The notes: generated by a model from the sequence alone, not told the origin. A stretch of DNA of 21,152 nt from Thermoplasmatota archaeon (GCA_965234725.1 CBDDUX010000036.1:1-21152); one strand, 5' to 3'; positions 8,886 through 18,002 are shown, counted from the first letter of the stretch. Numbers and translations: made by a program.

Positions 8886-10970
8886 TCATATATTCTGGAT
8901 CTTCTTGATCTTCTCCATCAATCTGGAGATCTCCTGGCTAGAATAGATACGCTCCTGATTCTGAAGCAACTCTATAAGGTCAGGATCTTTAACACTGCTC
9001 ATAATGGTCCGTTCATTTAGAGAGGAGAATTCTTCTGGACTTAAACCTCGTATCAATCTAACCTTCTCTCTAAGGGCAAGACGTAATTTCGTAGTTTGAA
9101 GCTTGTTGTCGTTTGGAAGGGTTTTCCTCGGAACAAGCAGACTAATATCGAACTGATGAACCCAGCTCTCCTTGTCCTTGATAAGCAAAGCTGCAAACAT
9201 CAAAAGGAATCCGATAGAAATCACAATGGGATAGGCATAATACGGACTTGATGTCAGGAATCCGGTCACCTGCATTGTTCTGTAAACCGGTTTTAAAAGA
9301 TGGTTTTCAACGGAATGCCTGGATTCATCGATCAGTATAAGATTCGTCTCACCAGAATCAGCTGGAGAAAGATGATGGATAAGATCCAACAGGAAGTTCT
9401 TATTGTCATAATCGAGTTTTGGTTCACCCCTCATATCATCGGTGAGCCAATCGAAGGTGTCCACCTCTCTATCGGACCAGTAGTCAGGTGAATTATCAGC
9501 AACATTGTTCTTATCATCCTGGTCTTCTTTTGAGATATCTCCCGTCTCTCTCAATATCTCCCTGTCCTCATCGATCAATCCATCTCCGTCATCATCTTCG
9601 CCATTTCCTTCCGGATCGAATGGAAGGTTTACATCATACCTGATATGGTTAAGCATGTAGAGATCGTTCATGAATACTGATGGGTCTGAGATGAAAACGA
9701 TCGAACCCAGCTCGGTGATCAACTTATCGGACTCTGGATTGAGCTCCCTTACCTTGTATTTCTTGGGTTCGCCATCCGCATCTTTGATCGATTCAGAAGA
9801 TTCTCCGGTTACGATATCCACTGCTCCGGTACCGTCATCTGCAACAGGTATCTCAACGCAGAACTGAATCTCATTACCTACGGAGGATACCTCATCTGCA
9901 TTCTTACCTTCAAGATCTCCGCTGGGGATCGAAAGTATACCATTGTCATCCATGTCAATAAAGGATTTTGAGGACCCGGCAGCCCAGATCCATGGTCTAA
10001 CAGATGATGAAAGGCCTGTCGGTTTGTATGTTATGAGTTCGTATGACTGGAGATCCTCATCTATTATCTCATCTCCATCATTGTCGATTCCATCAATCCA
10101 TTCGATATCAACATTCTTGTGACCTTTCCAGAGTATCTCTGCGTCACCTCTGGGCCTGAAAACAAGATCGTCGTCAATGGGATCTTCATCAATACCTTCA
10201 TTTTCCTCATCGACTATCTCATCGTTATCATTATCCCTTAGGTCACCATCCAATCTGGAATTATCCCTGTCATCATCATAGTTCTTAGATGAACCAGTGC
10301 TATCATCCTCATCTATCCTACCATCTGCATCCTGATCATCATCCCAGACACCATCACCGTAAGGATCGGAGAGAGACCAGACTTTAACTCCGTCAACGTT
10401 GTAGATATCGCTGCCCATGTGGCCCTGAACGATAGTATAATTCGCATTCCGATCGAATCTTTCGTCGTAGAATTGACCTCCGAAGAAGGTTACACCATAT
10501 TCCTTGGCGATCTGGTTTGCATTCCCGAAATCGTCAGCGATAATGGCATGGCCACCCCTGGCAAGGAAGGAATTGAGTGCTCTTATCTCTTCCTGAGTAT
10601 ATTCTCTCTCGATCCCTATACCTAAATATATCGTGTCCTTGGGATCGATAAGGTCCCCAAGTAGGATGGTTGGAGTTGAAACAATAGAACGTACCTTATA
10701 ATCGTACACACCATCATTCTCTCCCCCTCCAGTATAGAAAATGGACCCACGAACATGACTATTATATCTTTCCACATCCTTGACGAATTCGCTGATATCA
10801 CTGTATCCATCCTCAAAGGCCGAGAACTTTGGATCAGCCTCAATAACTCCCGCTGTAGTCATGATCAGTGACCCGAGAGGATATATGATGAATATCAGCC
10901 CCATTAGTACTGCTATACCAATGGCGATTGCCTCGTTCCATTTCATAGGTATGACTTCCCCCTGTTTCAA
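8886..10970 (-). CDS. DUF4350-like membrane-anchored protein with acidic Ca-binding repeat insertions
   Basis: Core motifs YTQEEIRALNSFLARGGHAIIADDFGNANQI, GSIVFISDPSVFMND, DNKNFL and LIDESRH, with N- and C-terminal TMs. Start is TTG 10970 (TTGA overlap with upstream stop) or ATG 10946. Confidence 0.85.
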   Translation of the reverse strand: MKQGEVIPMKWNEAIAIGIAVLMGLIFIIYPLGSLIMTTAGVIEADPKFSAFEDGYSDISEFVKDVERYNSHVRGSIFYTGGGENDGVYDYKVRSIVSTPTILLGDLIDPKDTIYLGIGIEREYTQEEIRALNSFLARGGHAIIADDFGNANQIAKEYGVTFFGGQFYDERFDRNANYTIVQGHMGSDIYNVDGVKVWSLSDPYGDGVWDDDQDADGRIDEDDSTGSSKNYDDDRDNSRLDGDLRDNDNDEIVDEENEGIDEDPIDDDLVFRPRGDAEILWKGHKNVDIEWIDGIDNDGDEIIDEDLQSYELITYKPTGLSSSVRPWIWAAGSSKSFIDMDDNGILSIPSGDLEGKNADEVSSVGNEIQFCVEIPVADDGTGAVDIVTGESSESIKDADGEPKKYKVRELNPESDKLITELGSIVFISDPSVFMNDLYMLNHIRYDVNLPFDPEGNGEDDDGDGLIDEDREILRETGDISKEDQDDKNNVADNSPDYWSDREVDTFDWLTDDMRGEPKLDYDNKNFLLDLIHHLSPADSGETNLILIDESRHSVENHLLKPVYRTMQVTGFLTSSPYYAYPIVISIGFLLMFAALLIKDKESWVHQFDISLLVPRKTLPNDNKLQTTKLRLALREKVRLIRGLSPEEFSSLNERTIMSSVKDPDLIELLQNQERIYSSQEISRLMEKIKKIQNI

Positions 10971-13900
10971 CCATTAGGTCCGACGATCTCGGTCTCTACT
11001 ACATCCTCATCAGCAAGCTCCATCTGCCTGAGTGCGGCTTCCTCGTCGAGTATTATGCTATCAAGCGAGGTTTCCACCTGCCTCAAACATCCAATAGCCT
11101 TCTGTTTATGATTCTCTCCTATAACGTGCTTTGAATACCTGGCTTCTTCAAGGATATCCAAGAATGCATCCAGGCTCCTTTCATCAATGGGTAGGGCGGT
11201 CCTGACAGCATCTTCGAACTCCCTGAATGTGTCAGCATCACGCCTCATGAAGCCGTATCTTCTCAGATGAGCTCCAAGTTTCTGATATGCTTTGAAGATG
11301 ATATAGGAATAGGGATTTCCAGCTTCAAGTTGATCAGCTGCTTTCTTGATGATCTTCTTGAGTGATTTCAATCTTCTCTTCCTCTCAATGTATCTGTAGA
11401 AGAAGAAGAGGCCGATACCTCCAAGGATCAATACGACAAGAATAATGAATATGATCAAAGCTACCGGTGCAGGGGTTGGAGGTTCAGGCACATACCGATG
11501 GTAGGTACCTATCCTTGTCTTCGAGCTTGATGTGAAACCCTGTTTTCCAACGAACTTAACTTCAATTGAGATGTTCGAAGAATCCTGGTCAGCAGGAAGT
11601 GTGAAGAAATTACCTGTTGCCGTGTCCCTGAGCTTGGACGTGAAGTTGAAATGGACCCTTCCTCTAATATCAGAAATTGCTCTGGTAGTATTGACATATG
11701 GCCCCATGCTGATATTGAGCCAGACCACTCCGAATGTTACCGGTTCTCCACCGATATCAGATGTGCCTTCCAGAACCTGGAATGTGAAGACCAGATTATC
11801 TACCTTGTTCTCGTAAATATCGAATCTCCCATCGGGTATCTTGTCCTCGTCCTTGGGTCCGAAGTAGATCTCCTTTACCCTGGTAGAGGACCAAACCTCG
11901 GCAACGGTCCTATTTACAGATGGTTGATAGAGTGCTACACCTTCTGAACTTATTTCCGGTTCGAATTCAACAAGAACCTCTACATTTCCAACTTCCAGTT
12001 CTGAAACAACATTTGGAGTTTTTATCTCGAAGAAACCGTCAAACTCCGGAAGGTTCGGGTCCTTCTTGGTCCTACCGGTTCCTAGTTTGAATATCTCCTC
12101 ACCCTGTTTGAGATATGCAGTGACCGTTTGGCCTCCCACACCTCTGTTAACTGTTTTCCCTCTATACATCTCAAGTAATTTTCCAGTGATCCTAGCCTCT
12201 GCGTTCCTTACAAGAACGTTAGGAACCTGGTCCAATTCGACCACTGTCTCTGAGGTGATTATCATCTTTGTTGGATATGCGACCATATCCATGTAGGCAT
12301 CGTTGGGAAGATATCTGATCCCACCAAGACCGTATGGGAACTGTTGTGAACCATCGAATTTTGCAACTATCCAAACGGATCCAACAGACATGATCTCCTC
12401 GATGATATGATCATTGAATGTGAACTTCCCGATTGAGTTTGTTACAGCGGTTCCAATAGGTGTTCCAAGACCACCGCTGACCTTCAAGGAATTGTAATTT
12501 CCTCCCCAGGTCTCCAGTCTATACAGCTTGATTGTCCTGTTCCCGATACCAACCTGTCTGTCATCCTTTAGGTATCCGGAAACACTGATCGGTTTTCCTT
12601 TGATGGCAATGCTGGCATTGACTTCCAATGTCGTAAATGAAACAACCGAGAATGGTTGCCCATCATTGTCCACCATGGTAGATGAGTCGTAATAGTTTGT
12701 GAAATATTCTGTGCTGAATGTGACCCTAAGTGGTACTGGACCCAGAGCATGGTTGGCAGCAATGGGAATATCCTTCTCGAACCTGCCGTTTGAATCTGTT
12801 CTCAGTTCAAAGGTCTTCTGCCATGTCTTTCCGAATCCCCAGTAGAGGGTGATCTCTTGATTTGGTACACCAAGGACTATTGCTCCCGTTGATTGTGACA
12901 TATCCTTGAGAACACCTCTAATCCTTGCCACGTTCCAATCGTAAACCTTACCATCCGCACCTACGAACTCCTTCCGTGTAATGAAAGTGATAAGTGGTTC
13001 CCCATTGGGGCCTACCTCCTTTTCATCATTGACAGAATTCTTGTTCTGGTCCATCCAGAGGTCCAACTCCGTTGTAGACCTGACAATGAATGTCGTGGAA
13101 TTGTCGGAATTTGTATAGAACACCTTATCGTCCTGGTATGGATTATCGTCGAAATTGGTAGTAACTGTAACATCCACCGGACCTAAGGGTTGTGAACCTG
13201 CAGGTAATTCATATTGGAGCGAGAACGTTCCATTATCATCGGTGATGAACTGTCCCGACCAGATCTTGTAGAACGGCTGAATGGAATTGCCCCATTCAAC
13301 ATTGAACCTGTATTTGGTCCCGTAATCGTATCCTCCAATTTGGAGCCTGGGACCTTCTACCTGTTTCTTATCGTAATAAAGCTTGTCAACTATGGATCCA
13401 TTAATAAAAATGGTCGATCCCCTATAGACCCAGGTAACTCCATAGTTCGGATCAATATTATCGAAAAGTACAGTTGTAGGTCTCCTAACATAGATGGTGG
13501 TGGTCGCATTGCTGGGATCGAAATAATCATTATTTGTCTGGTTGAAACCAGGGCTGAATTCAACAGTGATCTTGTGTGGGCCTGCTGTTGCATCCCATGG
13601 CACCGTTTTTGTGAACTCGAAATTCGAGAAGTAACCAGATGTCGATGGCCTTGCCTCTGCATCAAACAGAGGTTGCCCGTCCCAGAACAACCTCATGGTT
13701 TTCCTCCCCATTTGGGTCTCTTCAAAGGAGATATCTGAGATCTGACCTTCTATGGTGAACTCCTCTCCAACATCCACTACTGCATGGGAGGGCTCAATAC
13801 CGGTGATAATGGTCTTTGTCTTGTGCCAGATTTCAACACCAAGCCTCTTCTCGAAACCCTTCCTTGCAATGAATGCATAGGGATCTTCATCGATGTATCC

Positions 13901-16114
13901 ATCGTTGTCATCATCGATCCCGTTCAGGATCTCCTCATCCACACCTTCGGGGTTCCCAATCTTGGTTATTCCGGGATATCCGTCATCGATAACACCGTCA
14001 TTATCATCGTCCAATCCGTTCCTCCATAGAGTTGATGGTTCTGGAGTACCAACAGGAAGTATCTTAGGACGACCGTCATCAATGCCCTCATCGATACCCT
14101 CATCGACCATACCATTCCCGTCGTTATCAATACCATCAGAGATCGCTGTGTCAAGGTCAATCCAATCCACATCAACATCGATATCGTAACCGATCCTGAC
14201 ATCGTAACCATTGGTGTTGTCCCAGACAAGTGAATAAGTTCCTGAAGCCGGTAGGGAAAAGGTACCCGTTCCATTGGAGGTATCAGTTGATATCCAGGTA
14301 GTGGATGTCCCATCGAAATATCCAAAATCTAATGGATGTTCACCGTTAGCATACCATGAATATGATATGTCGGATTCTCCCCTGTTTCCAATGTTCAGGA
14401 AATATCCAACACCTGATACAACACTCATACCTGTATCCATGAGATCCGGCCTGTCGATCGCTATCTGATAGGAGAAATTGGCCGTATCAGTAGCGTTATT
14501 GCTCTTCCATGATAGGATATAGGTATCGGCAGTGGTTATTGCAATGGAACCCGTGGCAGATGCCTGGTCTGTAACATACTGGGTAGGGGTCATTGATCCT
14601 CTCTGAAGAGACATGTTGAAGGTGCTGTAGAATGGTGTAGTCCAGTTGTTCTCTGCCCAGTTATAGGTGATCGAAGCTCCTGCTGGTAAATTCCCAAGGT
14701 ACACACTATTGGTGCCAAGGGGTGATATGTCCCAGAAGTATTCTGTCTGCTGGTCAGTGATCTGGATCTCATAGGAAAGACTGCAAACCTCGGTGCTAGA
14801 ACTGACAAATTGGAAGGAATAATTTCCGAATCCAGATATTACGTACTGACCTGATGCACCATATGAACCTGAAAGGAATGTATCAGGTGTTACCCCATCT
14901 GTGACCACAAGGGCAAAATTATCTGTCCTGTTAACACTGAAATCATAATCTATCACAGTTCCATTTGCAAGGGAACCAAGGTCAAGAGTTCTTGTGGCAC
15001 CTGGTTGAATTGTCGTTCCAGTTACCATATAATGGGATTCATACCTATCATTTCCAATCTCCTCTCCGATCTGGTATATTCCATCATTGTTCTTGGAGTT
15101 GCTACCATCATGGTAGGAATCAGGACTCATAGCTTCTCCATCACCATCGTTGTCGAGGAAATCAGCAATTCCATGAGGGGTCTGGATCCACCCTCCAGTA
15201 TTCATGTCTGTACCAACATCTTCCCCGGGTTGATAAATGGTGTCCGCTGCGAAACCGTTGGACCCATCCAGGAAAGAGTTGGGAGAAAACGGTTCGCCAT
15301 CTCCGTCATCATCCAGGTAATTGTTCTGTTTCTCCTGGGAATCACCATCATCATCATAACCGATTTTCTTGTTATATAGTACATTGAAAACCTCTTGTGT
15401 AAGATTGTAGAACCTTGCTCCATCAGTGGTCCATACTCCCTTATACGTAAGAACCAGTTCCACAGGATTCGCTGCAGTGGTGGAGATGTTTGCATACATC
15501 TGTATTTGATCGGTCTGATTTCCATTCTCATCATAGTTCCACAGGAAGTTGGAAGGCATCGAGAACCTGCCTGGTGTATAGTTAAGTTCTTGATTATCCC
15601 ATTCCGTCATCAGGTCCGCTTCGAATGCCCATTCGGTTCCGTCGGCCCAAAGCAGGGATACGAACTCCTTCATAACAGGAAGATCACCGGAGTTCCTTTC
15701 CCCGTCGGAGTTGTTATCCTCAAGCAGAAGACCATCAAGTTCCAGTTTATCGCCATAATGGACCTGCTTGGGTGCTTTTAGAATATATATAAGGGTCGAT
15801 GTGTTGGTCGCTCCCCTGGAAGGATCTGCATCGACTGGATCATATGGCCATGGTCGTCCCTCATCGATATCCCGGAAGACCATGATCGGGGATGCTGTAG
15901 GATCGATACTGAAGTCCTCGGATACAGTGTAACCTTCAGGAATATCAATATCGCTGTCTTGATCGGTTGGAAGACCCTTATCAATATCAGATATCAGGGT
16001 GTCCCTTTCATCAGCCATTTCCCCCGCAGTGGAAACTATCATAGACTCCACTGCGACGACAAAAGAAGCGGCTAACATGGTAAGCAATACGAGCGTTACA
16101 AGGCTCTTTCTCAT
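10967..16114 (-). CDS. Giant single-pass surface protein: signal peptide, about 7 Ig-like repeats, Ca-binding repeats, 3 GOLD-like domains, TM and cytoplasmic DUF4129
   Basis: ATG 16114 (MRKSLVTLVLLTMLAASFVVA) with SD GGAGGT at 16125-16120. Pro linker PEPPTPAP, then TM and basic stop-transfer RKRR. C-terminal YQKL..LRRYGFMR.DADTFREF..LEEARYS matches the DUF4129 pattern. Confidence 0.88.
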   Translation of the reverse strand: MRKSLVTLVLLTMLAASFVVAVESMIVSTAGEMADERDTLISDIDKGLPTDQDSDIDIPEGYTVSEDFSIDPTASPIMVFRDIDEGRPWPYDPVDADPSRGATNTSTLIYILKAPKQVHYGDKLELDGLLLEDNNSDGERNSGDLPVMKEFVSLLWADGTEWAFEADLMTEWDNQELNYTPGRFSMPSNFLWNYDENGNQTDQIQMYANISTTAANPVELVLTYKGVWTTDGARFYNLTQEVFNVLYNKKIGYDDDGDSQEKQNNYLDDDGDGEPFSPNSFLDGSNGFAADTIYQPGEDVGTDMNTGGWIQTPHGIADFLDNDGDGEAMSPDSYHDGSNSKNNDGIYQIGEEIGNDRYESHYMVTGTTIQPGATRTLDLGSLANGTVIDYDFSVNRTDNFALVVTDGVTPDTFLSGSYGASGQYVISGFGNYSFQFVSSSTEVCSLSYEIQITDQQTEYFWDISPLGTNSVYLGNLPAGASITYNWAENNWTTPFYSTFNMSLQRGSMTPTQYVTDQASATGSIAITTADTYILSWKSNNATDTANFSYQIAIDRPDLMDTGMSVVSGVGYFLNIGNRGESDISYSWYANGEHPLDFGYFDGTSTTWISTDTSNGTGTFSLPASGTYSLVWDNTNGYDVRIGYDIDVDVDWIDLDTAISDGIDNDGNGMVDEGIDEGIDDGRPKILPVGTPEPSTLWRNGLDDDNDGVIDDGYPGITKIGNPEGVDEEILNGIDDDNDGYIDEDPYAFIARKGFEKRLGVEIWHKTKTIITGIEPSHAVVDVGEEFTIEGQISDISFEETQMGRKTMRLFWDGQPLFDAEARPSTSGYFSNFEFTKTVPWDATAGPHKITVEFSPGFNQTNNDYFDPSNATTTIYVRRPTTVLFDNIDPNYGVTWVYRGSTIFINGSIVDKLYYDKKQVEGPRLQIGGYDYGTKYRFNVEWGNSIQPFYKIWSGQFITDDNGTFSLQYELPAGSQPLGPVDVTVTTNFDDNPYQDDKVFYTNSDNSTTFIVRSTTELDLWMDQNKNSVNDEKEVGPNGEPLITFITRKEFVGADGKVYDWNVARIRGVLKDMSQSTGAIVLGVPNQEITLYWGFGKTWQKTFELRTDSNGRFEKDIPIAANHALGPVPLRVTFSTEYFTNYYDSSTMVDNDGQPFSVVSFTTLEVNASIAIKGKPISVSGYLKDDRQVGIGNRTIKLYRLETWGGNYNSLKVSGGLGTPIGTAVTNSIGKFTFNDHIIEEIMSVGSVWIVAKFDGSQQFPYGLGGIRYLPNDAYMDMVAYPTKMIITSETVVELDQVPNVLVRNAEARITGKLLEMYRGKTVNRGVGGQTVTAYLKQGEEIFKLGTGRTKKDPNLPEFDGFFEIKTPNVVSELEVGNVEVLVEFEPEISSEGVALYQPSVNRTVAEVWSSTRVKEIYFGPKDEDKIPDGRFDIYENKVDNLVFTFQVLEGTSDIGGEPVTFGVVWLNISMGPYVNTTRAISDIRGRVHFNFTSKLRDTATGNFFTLPADQDSSNISIEVKFVGKQGFTSSSKTRIGTYHRYVPEPPTPAPVALIIFIILVVLILGGIGLFFFYRYIERKRRLKSLKKIIKKAADQLEAGNPYSYIIFKAYQKLGAHLRRYGFMRRDADTFREFEDAVRTALPIDERSLDAFLDILEEARYSKHVIGENHKQKAIGCLRQVETSLDSIILDEEAALRQMELADEDVVETEIVGPNG

Positions 16115-16130
16115 GGTATACCTCCAATGC

Positions 16131-16314
16131 TCCAACCTATCTGGATGATAGCATGATAGGATGGTTCCTCACAGGGAGTGGGCGGGATTGTAGCCCCTAA
16201 CACCCGCTCCGTATTTTAACCTTTGTGTGTTTGCCAGACACTGGATTATCACTTGTCTGGACAACCTTCCTTCGATGCTTATCAGTCCCGAATTATTGGA
16301 TTGACTGATGCGAA
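16131..16314 (-). other. Putative structured 5' leader with four consecutive hairpins
   Basis: Inverted repeats at 16281-87/16303-09, 16234-40/16254-60, 16175-84/16201-10 and 16136-41/16155-60, lying between the TATA box and the RBS. Confidence 0.5.
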
Positions 16315-16327
16315 CTATTGATAAGGG

Positions 16328-16348
16328 TTTTTATAAATATATTTTACT
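16328..16348 (-). promoter_or_regulatory. Putative BRE/TATA promoter of the surface-protein/MoxR operon
   Basis: Minus strand reads AGTAAAATATATTTATAAAAA, with a TTTATAAA core at 16337-16330. Confidence 0.55.
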
Positions 16349-16391
16349 CATGTGAGCCATGCTGGACTTTTTCCCATAGGTCCATCAAATT

Positions 16392-16400
16392 AAAAAAAAA
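16392..16400 (-). terminator. T9 terminator of gpmI
   Basis: Nine consecutive T on the minus strand about 18 nt after the gpmI stop. Confidence 0.55.
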
Positions 16401-16418
16401 GGTCCATCCAGTCATTTA

Positions 16419-18002
16419 TCAGGTAAATGGGACTCCATTATAGCTCTTTGGAACAGGTATGCCCATTTGTTTGAGGATCGTTGGAGCGACATCTGCAAGA
16501 GTTCCAATTCCATCTCTTAATATCATATCCTTGGTGACACGGCTGCCTATATGGATAAGAAAAACTGGATTTGTTGTATGTGCAGTAAATGGGATCCCCT
16601 TTTCTTCGTTCCACATCTTCTCTGAGTTGCCATGGTCTGCGGTAACGAGGAGTTGATAGCCATTCTCAATAGCAATTCTTACTACTGGTCCAAGGCACTT
16701 ATCAACTGTCTCTATCGCTCTCACAGCTGCATCCATTACCCCTGTATGACCCACCATATCAGGATTTGCAAAATTCACGATCCCGAATTCGAAAGAGCGA
16801 ATTGAGAGCTCCTTTATCAATCGATCCTTTATCTCCTCCGCTGACATCTCAGGTTGAAGGTCATAGGTAGGTACTTTGGGTGATGGGACAAGGATCCTCT
16901 TCTCACCGATGAAAGGTTCTTCACGACCTCCGCTGAAGAAAAAGGTCACATGAGCATATTTTTCCGTTTCTGCTATCCGAAGTTGGTTCAGGCCTCCCCG
17001 GGAGATCACATCGCCTAATGACAATTTGATCCTCGCTTCAGGAAACGCTACATGAGTGAATACGGAATCATCATAGTCGGTCATTGCAACAAAATGCGGT
17101 TTGACGACCTTTGGTCTGACGAATCCGTCGAAGAACGGGTAAATGAAAGCTTTGGTTATCTGTCTGGCTCTATCTGGTCTGAAATTGAAGAACACCAATG
17201 TATCATCATTATTCACCAGTCCAATTGGTTCCCCCTTTCCATTGACCATCTGAGCTGGACGAATAAATTCGTCTGTCTCACCTCTTCCATAGGATTCTAA
17301 GATCGCTTGTTCCGGGTCCAAGAAGGTATTCTCTTTTGGGATCACATAGTATTGGAAAGCCTCCCTGGTCCGATCCCATCTCCGATCCCTATCCATGGCA
17401 AAGAAACGTCCCATCAACGTGGCGATCTTGATTCTTCCTCCCGGATCCATTTCCACCAAACGTTGTTTCATTTCCCTGATATCTTCCAGGCCCGAATCCG
17501 GTGGTACGTCACGACCATCGGTGATGACATGAAGCCTTATCCTTTCAAGACCATTGTCCAGTGCCATTTTCATAAGTGCGTATAAATGATCGATGTGAGA
17601 ATGAACTCCCCCGTGCGAGGTCAGGCCAAGCAGATGTAAGGTCCCTCCCTTACTTTTACATAATTCCATTCCCTCTAATATCTTCTTATTCTTGAAAAAC
17701 GATCCATCCTTGATCTTGTTCGATATCTTGACAAGCGGTTGATGAATTACCCTTCCCGCTCCCAAGGTTAGATGGCCAACCTCGCTATTGCCCATTTGTC
17801 CTTCTGGAAGACCCACGAACTCACCTGAGGCTTCGATCAATCTCCAGGGATACTTCTCCAATAGATCATCGAAAACAGGAGTATCTCCCTTCTTTACAGC
17901 GTTGTACTCCACCTCGTCCGAATGGCCCCAACCATCTAGTACAACAAGTAGAAGTCTATCTGTAAGTGGAGCCTTTGTCATGGAATTTACCAATATGGTC
18001 AT
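16419..18002 (-). CDS. gpmI: 2,3-bisphosphoglycerate-independent phosphoglycerate mutase (bacterial-type iPGM)
   Basis: LVVLDGWG, GLPEGQMGNSEVGH (phospho-Ser), GGVHSH, DGRD, GRFFAMDRD, FNFRPDRARQ, AETEKYAHVTFFF, NFANPDMVGHTG, TADHGN, HTTNPV. Confidence 0.98.
   Translation of the reverse strand: MTILVNSMTKAPLTDRLLLVVLDGWGHSDEVEYNAVKKGDTPVFDDLLEKYPWRLIEASGEFVGLPEGQMGNSEVGHLTLGAGRVIHQPLVKISNKIKDGSFFKNKKILEGMELCKSKGGTLHLLGLTSHGGVHSHIDHLYALMKMALDNGLERIRLHVITDGRDVPPDSGLEDIREMKQRLVEMDPGGRIKIATLMGRFFAMDRDRRWDRTREAFQYYVIPKENTFLDPEQAILESYGRGETDEFIRPAQMVNGKGEPIGLVNNDDTLVFFNFRPDRARQITKAFIYPFFDGFVRPKVVKPHFVAMTDYDDSVFTHVAFPEARIKLSLGDVISRGGLNQLRIAETEKYAHVTFFFSGGREEPFIGEKRILVPSPKVPTYDLQPEMSAEEIKDRLIKELSIRSFEFGIVNFANPDMVGHTGVMDAAVRAIETVDKCLGPVVRIAIENGYQLLVTADHGNSEKMWNEEKGIPFTAHTTNPVFLIHIGSRVTKDMILRDGIGTLADVAPTILKQMGIPVPKSYNGVPFT

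Noticed and set aside
16190-16240. GGCAAAC...CACAAAG resemblance to a c-di-GMP-I riboswitch
   Set aside because: The GNRA-capped stem expected between these elements is absent and the spacing is too short.
16141-16310. CsrB-like sRNA (GGA in loops on the plus strand) or box C/D sRNA
   Set aside because: CsrA is a bacterial system, there is no clear plus-strand promoter, and no RTGATGA box C is present. Kept only as an unassigned structured leader.
16379-16408. GGTCCATC direct repeat flanking the A9 tract
   Set aside because: Only 8 bp with a 14-nt spacer; too small to indicate a target-site duplication.
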